A stretch of 64,000 nt of DNA from the NCBI GenBank assembly GCA_037189525.1, contig JBBCJC010000005.1:800001-864000 (forward strand), written 5' to 3'. The notes beneath the pieces were generated by a model. The model was not told where the DNA came from. It saw only the letters and a list, made by a program, of their open reading frames with translations, and did no database searches. Every line of letters begins with the position of its first letter. Positions within the stretch are counted from its first letter, which is position 1. This document shows positions 50,111 to 59,578 of this stretch, in pieces. Position numbers and translations under genes: made by a program. This DNA comes from Gemmatimonadales bacterium. GTDB taxonomy: Bacteria > Gemmatimonadota > Gemmatimonadetes > Gemmatimonadales > GWC2-71-9.

Positions 50111-52891
50111 GTGCCGGACTCGTTTCTTCGCGTCGTCAACGCCCGCCAACACAACCTGAAAGGCGTCACGGTCGACCTTCCCCATCGGAAGCTCATCGTG
50201 GTTACCGGACCGTCGGGGTCGGGTAAGAGCTCCCTGGCCTTCGATACGATCTACGCCGAAGGCCAGCGGCGATATATCGAGTCCCTCTCGACCTACGCCA
50301 AGCAGTTCCTCGAGCGGATGCCCAAGCCCCTGGTCGACCGGATCGAGGGCATCGCGCCGGCCATTGCCATCGAGCAGCGGAATCCGACAGTCTCAAGCCG
50401 TTCGACGGTCGGCACCGCGACGGAGGTCTATGATTACCTCCGGCTCCTTTGGGCCCGGATCGGCGTGCAGTTCTGCCGGGTCTGTGGCGCCCGGGTCATC
50501 CGGGACACGCCCGCCACCGCGGCCGATCAGGTCAGAGCCCTAGGCCCCACCCCGATTCAGGTCGCCTTCCCGCTGCCCGACTCGGCCCGGCACTCCCATG
50601 GCGCAATCGTCGACAACCTACGGGCAATGGGGTTCGTCAGGATTCAAGTTGGCGGCGCCCCGACGCATCTCGAGGACCTGCCACCGGGCACGGACCTGAG
50701 CTCCGCCCCCGACCTGCTGGTCATCGTAGACCGGCTGTCCGATCCGACCGGGCCTCGGCTGGAGGAAGCCATCGCCCAGGCCATGGCCGAAGGGGACGGG
50801 ATTGCGGTGGTGCTGCATTCGAAGGGTCGACTTCGCTTCACCGAGCACCCCGCGTGCTCGAACTGCGATACGCCGGCGGCCACGCTGAGTCCGGGATTGT
50901 TCTCCTTCAACAACCCGCGGGGCGCCTGCGCCGGATGCAACGGGTTCGGCGCGGTCCTCGAATACGACGAGTCCCTGATCGTTCCCGACCCCAAGCGCTC
51001 TCTGGTGGAAGGGGCGATCGACCCCTGGACCAAGCCCCGCTACGAAAGCCGTCGCCGGCTGCTCTATGACACTGCCAGGAAACTCGGCGCCGACACCAGT
51101 GCCCCGTGGGCAAAGCTCTCGGCGCCGATCAAGCGCGAACTCCTCTATGGCAAGCAGGGGCGCTTCCTGGGCGTGTTCCCGTTTCTGACCAGCCTCGAAG
51201 AAAAGCGGTACAAGCAGTACATCCGCGTCTTCCTGCGGCAGTATCAGCTGGCCAAAGAGTGCCCGGCCTGCGGCGGCGCCCGCCTCAACGAGCAGGCGCT
51301 GACCGTGCAGATCGGCCACGACACGATTGCGCAGGTGGCGTCGCTCGCGCTGGGCGATCTGCGACGCTGGCTTGCCGGACTCGAACTGACGGACACCAAT
51401 CGCCGGATTGCGCAGGATGTGCTCACCGAACTCGTGGCTCGCGTCGAGTACCTCACCGAGGTGGGGCTCGGCTACCTGACGCTCGACCGGCAGACGCGGA
51501 CCCTCTCGGGCGGCGAAGCGCAGCGGATTTCCCTGGCCAATGCCCTGGGCGCCCGCTTGGTCGACTCGCTCTATGTCCTCGACGAACCGTCGATCGGTCT
51601 CCATCCGCGGGACACCGATCGCCTGCTCGCGATCCTGGAACGGCTCCGGGATGCCGGCAACACCGTCGTGGTCGTCGAACACGACCTCGAAGCGATTCGG
51701 CGCGGCGACTACATGGTCGAACTGGGACCGGCATCCGGAGAAAAGGGCGGCCGCCTGGTCCATGCGGGGCCGCCGACGACGTCCATCGACACGCTGACCG
51801 GCCAGTACCTGAACGGCACCAAACGGATCGGCGTCCCCAGCGGGCGGCGCCCCACCAATGGTCGCAAGCTGCGCATTACCGGCGCCCGGCTCCACAACCT
51901 GGCCAATGTCGACGTCGACATTCCGCTTGGTACGCTTGTGGCCGTGACCGGGGTGTCCGGATCGGGCAAGAGCACCCTGGTCCACGACGTCATTTTCCGG
52001 CAACTCGAATCGCGTTTGACCGGAGAGTCTTCGCTCAAGGCGCACCTGGGCGAAGTCGCGGGCGCGATCGACACGATGTCGGGACACGAGTGGATTCAGT
52101 CGGTCGTGATGATCGACCAGTCGCCGATCGGCCGGACGCCTCGTTCCAACCCGATTACCTACGTCAAAGGGTTCGACGAGATCCGGGAACTGTTTGCCGA
52201 CCAGCCCCTGTCGCGATCACGCGGATACACGCCCGCCACCTTTTCGTTCAACACGGCCGGCGGCCGCTGCGAACAGTGCGACGGCGCCGGCCAGGTGATG
52301 GTCGAGATGGTCTTTCTGGCCGACGTATTCGTTCCGTGCGAAGCATGCGGCGGGACCCGCTTCAAGCGCGAGGTGCTCGACGTCAAGGTACGGGGGCACT
52401 CCATTCACGACGTGCTGCAATGGACTGTCGACGAGGCCATCGGGCGATTTCGCCATCAGGCCAAGCTGGGCACTGCTCTCTGGCAGGTGCAGCAGGTCGG
52501 GCTCGGTTATCTCCGGCTGGGCCAGGCCGCCACGACGCTGTCGGGAGGAGAGGCCCAGCGACTCAAGATTGCCCGGGAGCTGATTCAGGCCGGCAAGCGA
52601 TCGGGGCGTAAGCTCTATCTGCTGGACGAGCCGACCACCGGCCTGCATCTCGATGACGTCCGCCAGCTCATCACGGTCCTCGACCGGCTGGTCGACGCCG
52701 GGCACACCGTCCTCGTCATCGAGCACCATCTCGACGTCGTCAAGCGTGCCGACTGGGTCATCGACCTGGGGCCCGACGCCGGCCCCGCCGGCGGCCGGAT
52801 CGTCGTCCAGGGGCCGCCCGAACTGGTCGCGGCCACGCCGGGCTCGGAAACCGGCCGCTTCCTGAAGCCGCTGCTGGCGTCCGAACTCTAG
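50111..52891 (+). CDS. uvrA: Excinuclease ABC subunit UvrA
   Basis: ARQHNLK, GPSGSGKSSLAFDTIYAEGQRRY, zinc fingers, LSGGEAQRI, GVSGSGKSTL, DQSPIGRTPRSNP, LDEPTTGLH. Confidence 0.96.
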   Translation: MPDSFLRVVNARQHNLKGVTVDLPHRKLIVVTGPSGSGKSSLAFDTIYAEGQRRYIESLSTYAKQFLERMPKPLVDRIEGIAPAIAIEQRNPTVSSRSTVGTATEVYDYLRLLWARIGVQFCRVCGARVIRDTPATAADQVRALGPTPIQVAFPLPDSARHSHGAIVDNLRAMGFVRIQVGGAPTHLEDLPPGTDLSSAPDLLVIVDRLSDPTGPRLEEAIAQAMAEGDGIAVVLHSKGRLRFTEHPACSNCDTPAATLSPGLFSFNNPRGACAGCNGFGAVLEYDESLIVPDPKRSLVEGAIDPWTKPRYESRRRLLYDTARKLGADTSAPWAKLSAPIKRELLYGKQGRFLGVFPFLTSLEEKRYKQYIRVFLRQYQLAKECPACGGARLNEQALTVQIGHDTIAQVASLALGDLRRWLAGLELTDTNRRIAQDVLTELVARVEYLTEVGLGYLTLDRQTRTLSGGEAQRISLANALGARLVDSLYVLDEPSIGLHPRDTDRLLAILERLRDAGNTVVVVEHDLEAIRRGDYMVELGPASGEKGGRLVHAGPPTTSIDTLTGQYLNGTKRIGVPSGRRPTNGRKLRITGARLHNLANVDVDIPLGTLVAVTGVSGSGKSTLVHDVIFRQLESRLTGESSLKAHLGEVAGAIDTMSGHEWIQSVVMIDQSPIGRTPRSNPITYVKGFDEIRELFADQPLSRSRGYTPATFSFNTAGGRCEQCDGAGQVMVEMVFLADVFVPCEACGGTRFKREVLDVKVRGHSIHDVLQWTVDEAIGRFRHQAKLGTALWQVQQVGLGYLRLGQAATTLSGGEAQRLKIARELIQAGKRSGRKLYLLDEPTTGLHLDDVRQLITVLDRLVDAGHTVLVIEHHLDVVKRADWVIDLGPDAGPAGGRIVVQGPPELVAATPGSETGRFLKPLLASEL

Positions 52892-52917
52892 GACGCCAGC
52901 CACGCAGCCCGCCGGCT

Positions 52918-54318
52918 TCAGACCGGCGCCAACCCCTCGATCGAATTCACCACGCGCTCCCAGACCCGCCGGACGATCGCTTCGTCCGTCGAGAGGTGAC
53001 CCAACGCCAGCCGAAGGGTGTACTGCCCGTCCAGCACGGTGTGGGTCAGGAAGAGGTCGCCCTCCGCGTTGACCCGTTCGAGCAGCAGCCGGTTGGCATC
53101 GTTGAGCTGCTCCTGCGTCAGGGTGCGCCCACTCGGCCGCCACCGGAAACAGACCAGCCCGACCGGCGCCGGCGCGGCGAGTTCGAGCGCCGGGTGCGCA
53201 TCGACCCATTCGGCAAAGAGCAACCCCAGCCGCACGTGCTCCCGAATCATCGCGCGCAGCCCCTCGACCCCGTAGCTCCGAATCACGAACCACAGCTTGA
53301 GCGCGCGAAAACGGCGGCCGAGCGGAATGCCCCAGTCGCGATAGTTGACCACCTCGGCGTCATGCTTGGTCTTGAGGTATTCGGGTGAGGTGCCCATCGA
53401 CCGCACCAGCGCCTCGGGATCGCGGACGAAGTACGCCGAGAAGTCGTGATTGACCAGCAACCACTTGTGCGGATTGACGACCAGACTGTCGGCGTGCTCC
53501 ACTCCGTCCAGCACCCAGCGGAACTCCGGCACCACCGCGGCCGATCCGGCAAATGCCGCATCGACATGGAGCCAGGCGCCTTCGCGCTCTGCAATCGGCG
53601 CGATGTCGGGGATCGAATCGAAGCCCGTCGTCGACGTGGTACCGCGGGTGGCGATGATGACCGACGGCACCAACCCCGCCGCGCGATCGTCCCGGATAGC
53701 CGCCTCCAGCGCGTCGATCCGCATCGCAAAGTTTCGATCGACGGGAATGGCGCGGATCAGCTCCGGGCGATAACCCGCCAGCCGCGCACCCTTGGCCACC
53801 GACGAGTGCGCTTCACGCGAGGTATAGACGGTGGCCCGGTCGAGATCCTCGCGGCGCCGGTCGCGGGCGGTGATCAGCGCCACCAGCGTCGAACTCGAGG
53901 CATAGTCCTGGATCACGCCGGTAAAGCTGTCGGGCAGGCCCAGCATCTGCCGCAACCAGTCCATCACGACCTGTTCGACCTCCGTCCCGGCCGGCGAGGT
54001 CTGCCAGGACATGCACTGCGCACCTATCGCAGCCATCATCATCTCCGCCAGAATCGACGGCGGACTGTGATTGGACGGGAAGTAGCCGAAGAATCCGGGA
54101 TGCCCCCAATGCGTCATGCCCGGCAGCACGACCCGATCGACATCCTCGCGGATTTGCGCAAAAGGCTCCGGAGCTTCCGGCGGAGCCGACGGCAACGCCT
54201 GCCGCACGTCGCCCGGTTCGACCAGCGGTACGATGCGCCGATCGCCGACCGTCGCGAGATAGTCCGTCATCCAATCCGCGAGGCGATGCGCCTCGAGCCG
54301 GAATTGTTCCAGATCCAT
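52918..54318 (-). CDS. PLP-dependent aromatic-L-amino-acid decarboxylase family protein
   Basis: PGMTHWGHPGFFGYFP, SWQTSPAGTE, AHSSVAK, WLHVDAAFAG, NPHKWLLVNHD, LGRRFRALKLW. Confidence 0.94.
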   Translation of the reverse strand: MDLEQFRLEAHRLADWMTDYLATVGDRRIVPLVEPGDVRQALPSAPPEAPEPFAQIREDVDRVVLPGMTHWGHPGFFGYFPSNHSPPSILAEMMMAAIGAQCMSWQTSPAGTEVEQVVMDWLRQMLGLPDSFTGVIQDYASSSTLVALITARDRRREDLDRATVYTSREAHSSVAKGARLAGYRPELIRAIPVDRNFAMRIDALEAAIRDDRAAGLVPSVIIATRGTTSTTGFDSIPDIAPIAEREGAWLHVDAAFAGSAAVVPEFRWVLDGVEHADSLVVNPHKWLLVNHDFSAYFVRDPEALVRSMGTSPEYLKTKHDAEVVNYRDWGIPLGRRFRALKLWFVIRSYGVEGLRAMIREHVRLGLLFAEWVDAHPALELAAPAPVGLVCFRWRPSGRTLTQEQLNDANRLLLERVNAEGDLFLTHTVLDGQYTLRLALGHLSTDEAIVRRVWERVVNSIEGLAPV

Positions 54319-54432
54319 TGCTCTACCTTGACGTGATTCGTCCGGGCGTGTCCGCGCCCGGACCGGGGTAGTCCGACGGGACGGAGTTGCGGCGCCCCCG
54401 CGGGTTCCAGTGGAACCTGCGGCGGCCTCAAT

Positions 54433-54867
54433 CTATTCGGTCGATCGCAGTGCGGTATGTTTGAGGACTCGTGCAAGCCGCCGCTCGATGGCAGGCAACT
54501 CGAACGGCTTGCGGAGATAGTCGACCACGCCGAGTTCGATCATGCGCAAAACGGTCTCACGCTCCACCGTTGCCGTGACCGCCATGACCGGCAGCTTCGC
54601 GAATACCGGATCCTCCCGGAGGGCGGAGAGGACCTGGATCCCATCGGCGGAAGGCATCGAGATGTCGAGCAGCAGGAGGTCGGGCACTTCCTGCTGGCAG
54701 GCTTCAAGGACCTCGGTTCCGTCGGCCGCCTCACGGACCACGGCATGGAAGTGCCGCTCCACCACACGGCGGACCAGCAACCGCGCCGCCGGATCGTCGT
54801 CGGCAATCAGCACCCGCGGCCCCGCCTGGGCCGCTCCAGATTTGACCGGTTGAACGGACAATGACAC
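54433..54867 (-). CDS. Single-domain response regulator (CheY-like)
   Basis: VLIADDD, PDLLLLDISMP..DG, VTA, DYLRKPF. Start uncertain. Confidence 0.88.
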   Translation of the reverse strand: MSLSVQPVKSGAAQAGPRVLIADDDPAARLLVRRVVERHFHAVVREAADGTEVLEACQQEVPDLLLLDISMPSADGIQVLSALREDPVFAKLPVMAVTATVERETVLRMIELGVVDYLRKPFELPAIERRLARVLKHTALRSTE

Positions 54868-55538
54868 CCTCGACTCCTCCCGTCCTTGCTCGATTGTGGC
54901 GCGACGACCCGGGCCCGCTCGTCGACCGCACCATCGCGCTCCGCGAACTGAGCCACCGCGACCCGGCACTCGGCCATGTGATCGAGCGGGTGGGGTCACT
55001 CGCCCTCGAGCCGCCGACCATCAAGGCGCCGCATCATTATCTGCAACGCGCCATCGTTTATCAGCAGCTATCGGGCCGCGCGGCGGAAACGATCTACGGC
55101 CGCTTCACCGGCCTGTTCCCGGGCAGCCGTCTGCCATCGGCCGAGCGTGTCCTGGCCACCCCGGAACCGGTGCTCCGATCGGCCGGACTCTCCTCGGCCA
55201 AGGCCCGCGCCATCATCGACCTGGCCAGGCACACCGCGGCGGGTACCGTTCCGAGCCGGCGCGGCTTGAGCAGCCTCGATCCCGATACGATCATCGAACG
55301 GCTGACTCAGGTCCGGGGCGTCGGCCGCTGGACCGTCGAAATGCTGTTGATCTTTTATCTGGGTCACCCGGACATCCTGCCCACCAGCGACCTCGGAATT
55401 CGGAAGGGATTCAGCCGGACCTTCGGCGTCAAACGCCTGGCCAGCGAGCGGACCGTCGCGCGCCGAGCCGAGCGCTGGCGGCCCTGGCGGTCGATCGCTT
55501 GCTGGTATCTATGGCGATCACTCGAAGTGGAGTTGTAG
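54861..55538 (+). CDS. DNA-3-methyladenine glycosylase (AlkA/HhH-GPD)
   Basis: AIVYQQLSGRAA.TI, LRSAGLSSAKAR, VRGVGRWTVEMLLIF.LG.PDILPTSDLG, WRPWRS.A.WYLW. True start may lie downstream. Confidence 0.92.
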   Translation: MTPSTPPVLARLWRDDPGPLVDRTIALRELSHRDPALGHVIERVGSLALEPPTIKAPHHYLQRAIVYQQLSGRAAETIYGRFTGLFPGSRLPSAERVLATPEPVLRSAGLSSAKARAIIDLARHTAAGTVPSRRGLSSLDPDTIIERLTQVRGVGRWTVEMLLIFYLGHPDILPTSDLGIRKGFSRTFGVKRLASERTVARRAERWRPWRSIACWYLWRSLEVEL

Positions 55539-55672
55539 ACGACAAGCCCCGCACTTGAATGGGCCGAGACGTCCCGGATGGCTGGAGCAAGACAAGTATC
55601 GACGCGATCGCCGTCGGGGCCCGCGCCTGGATAAACGCAGAGTCTCCCGAAAATCGAGCAAGAATTCCGTCG

Positions 55673-56269
55673 TCAGCGGCCGCGCGCCAGGATGACCGAA
55701 GCGTCCTCCGGCAAACGTCCCAGGCCACCCGCGATCCGCTCCACCAGGGTTTCGAGCGTCCCGTTCCGGTGACGCCACAAGGCCGCCAACTCCCAGGCAT
55801 CCACCACCCCGTCGGTGGCGAGCGCCAGCGTCCCACCCTGGCCCCAGGCATAGGTGCTCACCGCCGGGACCTTCGCGAGGCCGAGCCCGACCGTTCCGGG
55901 TTCACTGGTCAGGACGACCGGCACGTCACCCGCCAGAAAGCCGTAGACGCTGCCGATGCCCGCAAACTGGAGCTCGCCCCGATCCGGGTCGATCCGGACC
56001 ACCCCGAGCGAAACCCCCGCGCTTCCGCCCAGCGCCCGGTGCGCTGGCTCGAAAACCGAGGCCGGGTAGCCGTCGACCTGCCGCCGGACTACGCCTTCGA
56101 CCACCCGCACGGCAGCTTCCGCCTCGGCGGTACGTCCGGTGGCGTCAATCAAGGCAATGATGATGTCATCGCCCCGATCGATCACCACCGCCGCGTCCCC
56201 CGACTGCGCCATGCCGGCAAGGGGGATGCAGCGGGACAGACTCTCGACCCTCGTCAAAGCAGATATCAT
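55673..56269 (-). CDS. SpoIIE/RsbX-like PP2C-fold protein with divergent motifs
   Basis: SGD, IALIDATG, AHRALGGSAG, FAGIG, PGTVG, LALATDGV, EDASVI. Confidence 0.7.
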   Translation of the reverse strand: MISALTRVESLSRCIPLAGMAQSGDAAVVIDRGDDIIIALIDATGRTAEAEAAVRVVEGVVRRQVDGYPASVFEPAHRALGGSAGVSLGVVRIDPDRGELQFAGIGSVYGFLAGDVPVVLTSEPGTVGLGLAKVPAVSTYAWGQGGTLALATDGVVDAWELAALWRHRNGTLETLVERIAGGLGRLPEDASVILARGR

Positions 56270-56380
56270 GGCTCAACTATCGGCCAGACCTGACGATAGC
56301 TCAAATCATGGGGTGCGTGACTCCCCGATCGACACTATGTTTCACGACTTGTTCAACAGGGAAGGACGCCGGACATCCCG

Positions 56381-56749
56381 ATGCGGATCCTACTTGTCGA
56401 TGACGATGATATGAGCCGCAAGACGGTTCATCAGATGCTCACCCGGGCCGGTCACGAGGTTATCAGTACTGGCAGCGGCTCCGAAGGCCTGGCCCTCTTC
56501 AGGGAGAACAGCGTCGATCTGATCGTGACAGATCTGATCATGCCGGACACGGATGGCCTGGAATTGATCCAGGAACTCAGAAAACTTGACCCAAAGGTCC
56601 GAATATTGGCCATTTCCGGTGGTGGCCGTGTCAACGCCACGGAGTATCTCACCGTCGCCCGGAAGTTCGGCGCGGCGGGGATTCTGGCCAAACCGTTTTC
56701 CAATCAGGAGTTCAAAGACGCGATCCACGCGCTGATGAACGCCAAGTAA
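56381..56749 (+). CDS. Single-domain response regulator (CheY-like)
   Basis: ILLVDDD, DLIVTDLIMPDTDGLE, AISGGG, LAKPF. Confidence 0.94.
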   Translation: MRILLVDDDDMSRKTVHQMLTRAGHEVISTGSGSEGLALFRENSVDLIVTDLIMPDTDGLELIQELRKLDPKVRILAISGGGRVNATEYLTVARKFGAAGILAKPFSNQEFKDAIHALMNAK

Positions 56750-56767
56750 ACCTCGACGTTTTCGCCA

Positions 56768-56812
56768 AAGAAATGCCCCGGTTGCATCGGCTGATGCACC
56801 GGGGCATTTCTT
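56768..56812. terminator. Bidirectional terminator between response regulator and tRNA-Asn
   Basis: AAGAAATGCCCCGG...CCGGGGCATTTCTT inverted repeat. Confidence 0.75.
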
Positions 56813-56829
56813 GTTCAACGATTACGATA

Positions 56830-56902
56830 CTCCCGAGACAGGACTCGAACCTGTGACCCGCTGATTAACAGTCAGCTGCTCTACCAACTGAGCTACTCGG
56901 GA
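56830..56902 (-). tRNA. tRNA-Asn (GUU), CCA not encoded
   Basis: Reverse complement TCCCGAGTAGCTCAGTTGGTAGAGCAGCTGACT-GTT-AATCAGCGGGTCACAGGTTCGAGTCCTGTCTCGGGAG folds as a cloverleaf. Confidence 0.97.
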
Positions 56903-57314
56903 TCACACGCTTTCGCGCGACGCATAAAGTATCCGGGCCCCTGCCCCCGAGCAACCACCCCGTTCAATCGGGCTGCGGCCCCGACCGGCCAACCCCAGAA
57001 TCCAACAGCAAGGCCCCGACCCCGGGCAAAGTGCAACTTTCTGCAGTTTCCAGGTGCCGCCAGACCTGACACCAGGCAAGAAGTTCCGACCACCTCAAAT
57101 CACCACGTGACAAGGACTTACTCTGCACCTCTCCAGGGCCCTGCCGATCCAGGGTTCGATTCGTGGACAGCGGGTGTATTTCCGGCCCGGACAAGGTGCA
57201 ACGACTCGCGCAATCCGTTTGTGTTCCCCATCACTTAAAATCATGATCTGAAACGACTTACAGAGTCGTTCCCCCCTTCATTCCTTACCCCATTCCCGTT
57301 AAATTTTCCGGGAT

Positions 57315-58403
57315 ATGAGCGACCCGTTCATCGTCGGCCACGAACCCATCCGCACCAATCTGACCCTGGCGCACCAAGCCGGGCGATTGCCGCAGATCCT
57401 CCTGATTACGGGAGAGCGCGGGGTTGGTAAGCAGACGCTGGGACGCTGGCTCGCTGCGCTGACGTTATGCGAGGCTGTCGGCGGCGCGCCGTGCGGCAGT
57501 TGTCGCGGGTGCCGCCTGGTCGCCGGCCTCAGCCATCCCGACTTCCACTGGTTCGTCCCGATTCCCCGGCCCAAGGCGTCCGACTCGGACAAACAAGTCG
57601 AGGAGGTCCGCGAAACGCTGGGCGAGGTCATGGCCGCGCGTCGTGAGAACCCCGCCTATTCGGCGCCGGACGGGTTGGCCATGCACGGAGTGGCCTCGGC
57701 CCGGCTGATCCTCAAGACCGCCGCCCTGACCACGGTCCACGGCGGCCGCCGGGTCATCCTGATCGGTGGCGCCGAGCGGCTGGTTCCGCAGGAGGCCAAC
57801 CAGGAGGCCGCTAATGCGCTGCTCAAGTTCCTGGAAGAGCCCACGCCGCAGACCATCGTGATCCTGACGACGACCGACCCGTCGCGGGTCCTGCCGACGA
57901 TCCGGTCGCGCGCGGTTCCGATCCGACTCGGCCGGCTCACCCCGGAACAGATCGAGACCGGACTGGCTCGGCTCGCTCCAAACCTTTCGGCCTCCGAGCG
58001 CCGCCAGCGGGCCGCCCAGGCCGACGGGTCGATCGGTCGCGCGCTGGAAGCCGACGGATCGCAGGCGGCCAACGCCGAGGTGGAGCAGTTGCTGGCCGCC
58101 ACCCGCGACGGCGGCAGCGCCCGCTTCGAACGCGTGCTCAAGCAGGGACCCTGGGCCGCCCGCGGCGATTTCAGCGTGCTGCTCGACGGACTGACCCAGG
58201 TGTTGAGCAACGCCGCCCGCGCGACCGCCGGGGGGCCGGCCGAGCCGGTGCCGGCCATGCTCCGCGACGTCCAGGTGCCGGACCGGTTCCTCCAGGCGCT
58301 CGACCGGGTCGACGCCGCGCGAGAATCCGCGCGCACTAACGTCAATCCGCAGCTGCTCCTCGCCACGCTCACTGCGGAGCTATCGGAAGCGTTATGGGCC
58401 TGA
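57315..58403 (+). CDS. holB: DNA polymerase III delta' subunit
   Basis: [44 protein letters not shown]. Confidence 0.9.
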   Translation: MSDPFIVGHEPIRTNLTLAHQAGRLPQILLITGERGVGKQTLGRWLAALTLCEAVGGAPCGSCRGCRLVAGLSHPDFHWFVPIPRPKASDSDKQVEEVRETLGEVMAARRENPAYSAPDGLAMHGVASARLILKTAALTTVHGGRRVILIGGAERLVPQEANQEAANALLKFLEEPTPQTIVILTTTDPSRVLPTIRSRAVPIRLGRLTPEQIETGLARLAPNLSASERRQRAAQADGSIGRALEADGSQAANAEVEQLLAATRDGGSARFERVLKQGPWAARGDFSVLLDGLTQVLSNAARATAGGPAEPVPAMLRDVQVPDRFLQALDRVDAARESARTNVNPQLLLATLTAELSEALWA

Positions 58404-58879
58404 GCCACATCGACGCCGACGGTCGCGCCAACATGGTCGACGTGTCGGCCAAAACTCCGACCGAGCGGATCGCGACGGCCGAGGGATGGGTCAGTATGTC
58501 GGCCTCGGGGTTCGAGCAGGTCCGGACCAACAGCCTGGCCAAGGGCGATGTGCTCGGCACCGCCCGGCTGGCCGGCGTCATGGGAGCTAAGCGGACCGCC
58601 GACCTGATTCCGCTTTGTCACCAACTCCCGCTGGACAAGGTCAGCGTCGAGATCGTGTTAGATGATGCCCTCCCGGGCGTCCATATAACGGCGACCGCGA
58701 AGGTCACGGCACGGACCGGGGTGGAAATGGAAGCCCTGACGGCCGTTTCGGTTGCCGCACTGACGGTATATGACATGGTAAAGGCGGTCGATCGGACCAT
58801 GGAGATCGGCCCGATCCGCCTGGTTACCAAACAAGGAGGACGCAGCGGTTCGTACCATCGCGGCGTCACTCCCGAATAG
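58394..58879 (+). CDS. moaC: Cyclic pyranopterin monophosphate synthase
   Basis: [53 protein letters not shown]. Confidence 0.98.
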   Translation: MGLSHIDADGRANMVDVSAKTPTERIATAEGWVSMSASGFEQVRTNSLAKGDVLGTARLAGVMGAKRTADLIPLCHQLPLDKVSVEIVLDDALPGVHITATAKVTARTGVEMEALTAVSVAALTVYDMVKAVDRTMEIGPIRLVTKQGGRSGSYHRGVTPE

Positions 58880-58894
58880 AGGAAGGAGGCACCA

Positions 58895-59578
58895 ATGCAG
58901 CGGATACGACGGACGGCAGCCCTGATCCTGCAGCGCGGCACCTTGCTGCTGGCGAGCGGGTTGCTCCTCGGCGTCGGCATGAGCGTCTCAGACCGGTTGA
59001 TGGCGGCGCGGGACGTTCCGCCGGCCTCGTCCGACGATGTCGATCACGAGCTGACCCGGCTCGGCTCGCTGGTCGACGAACTGCAGGGCAAACTGTCCGT
59101 CACCGATCTCAAGCTGGATCGGCTGACCCGCGTGGCGCAGTACTCGACGGCGTACCGCATTCCTGCGAACCTGGCGGGACAGATTTACGATGCCGCCGTG
59201 GCCGAAGGGCTGCATCCCTCCCTCGGATTCCAGCTGGTCAAAGTCGAGAGCGGCTTCCGGAGCGGCGCCCAGTCGTCCAAGCAGGCCCTCGGATTGACCC
59301 AGGTCCGCTTGGCCACTGCGCAGGAAGTGGACCCGTCGGTGACCCGCCGGGATCTGCTGGTTCCGGAGACGAACCTGCGAATCGGCTTCCGGGTGCTGCG
59401 CCGGTTCCTGGCGCAGTATGATCACGATCTGGAAATGGCGCTGCGGGCCTACAACCTGGGACCGACGGGCGCGATGATGTCGTTCGAGGATACTACGTCC
59501 AACGCCCGCGTGGCCGTCTACGCGGAAAAGGTCATGCGCGGCGTGCGGGGCACTCCCGTCACGCCGCGCCGGCCCTGA
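58895..59578 (+). CDS. Lytic transglycosylase (SLT domain)
   Basis: N-terminal TM and coiled coil; LVKVESGF, ALGLTQV, NLRIG, ALRAYNLGP. Confidence 0.88.
   Translation: MQRIRRTAALILQRGTLLLASGLLLGVGMSVSDRLMAARDVPPASSDDVDHELTRLGSLVDELQGKLSVTDLKLDRLTRVAQYSTAYRIPANLAGQIYDAAVAEGLHPSLGFQLVKVESGFRSGAQSSKQALGLTQVRLATAQEVDPSVTRRDLLVPETNLRIGFRVLRRFLAQYDHDLEMALRAYNLGPTGAMMSFEDTTSNARVAVYAEKVMRGVRGTPVTPRRP

Noticed and set aside
56903..57314. oriC candidate
   Set aside because: No clustered TTATCCACA DnaA boxes and no dnaA/dnaN nearby.
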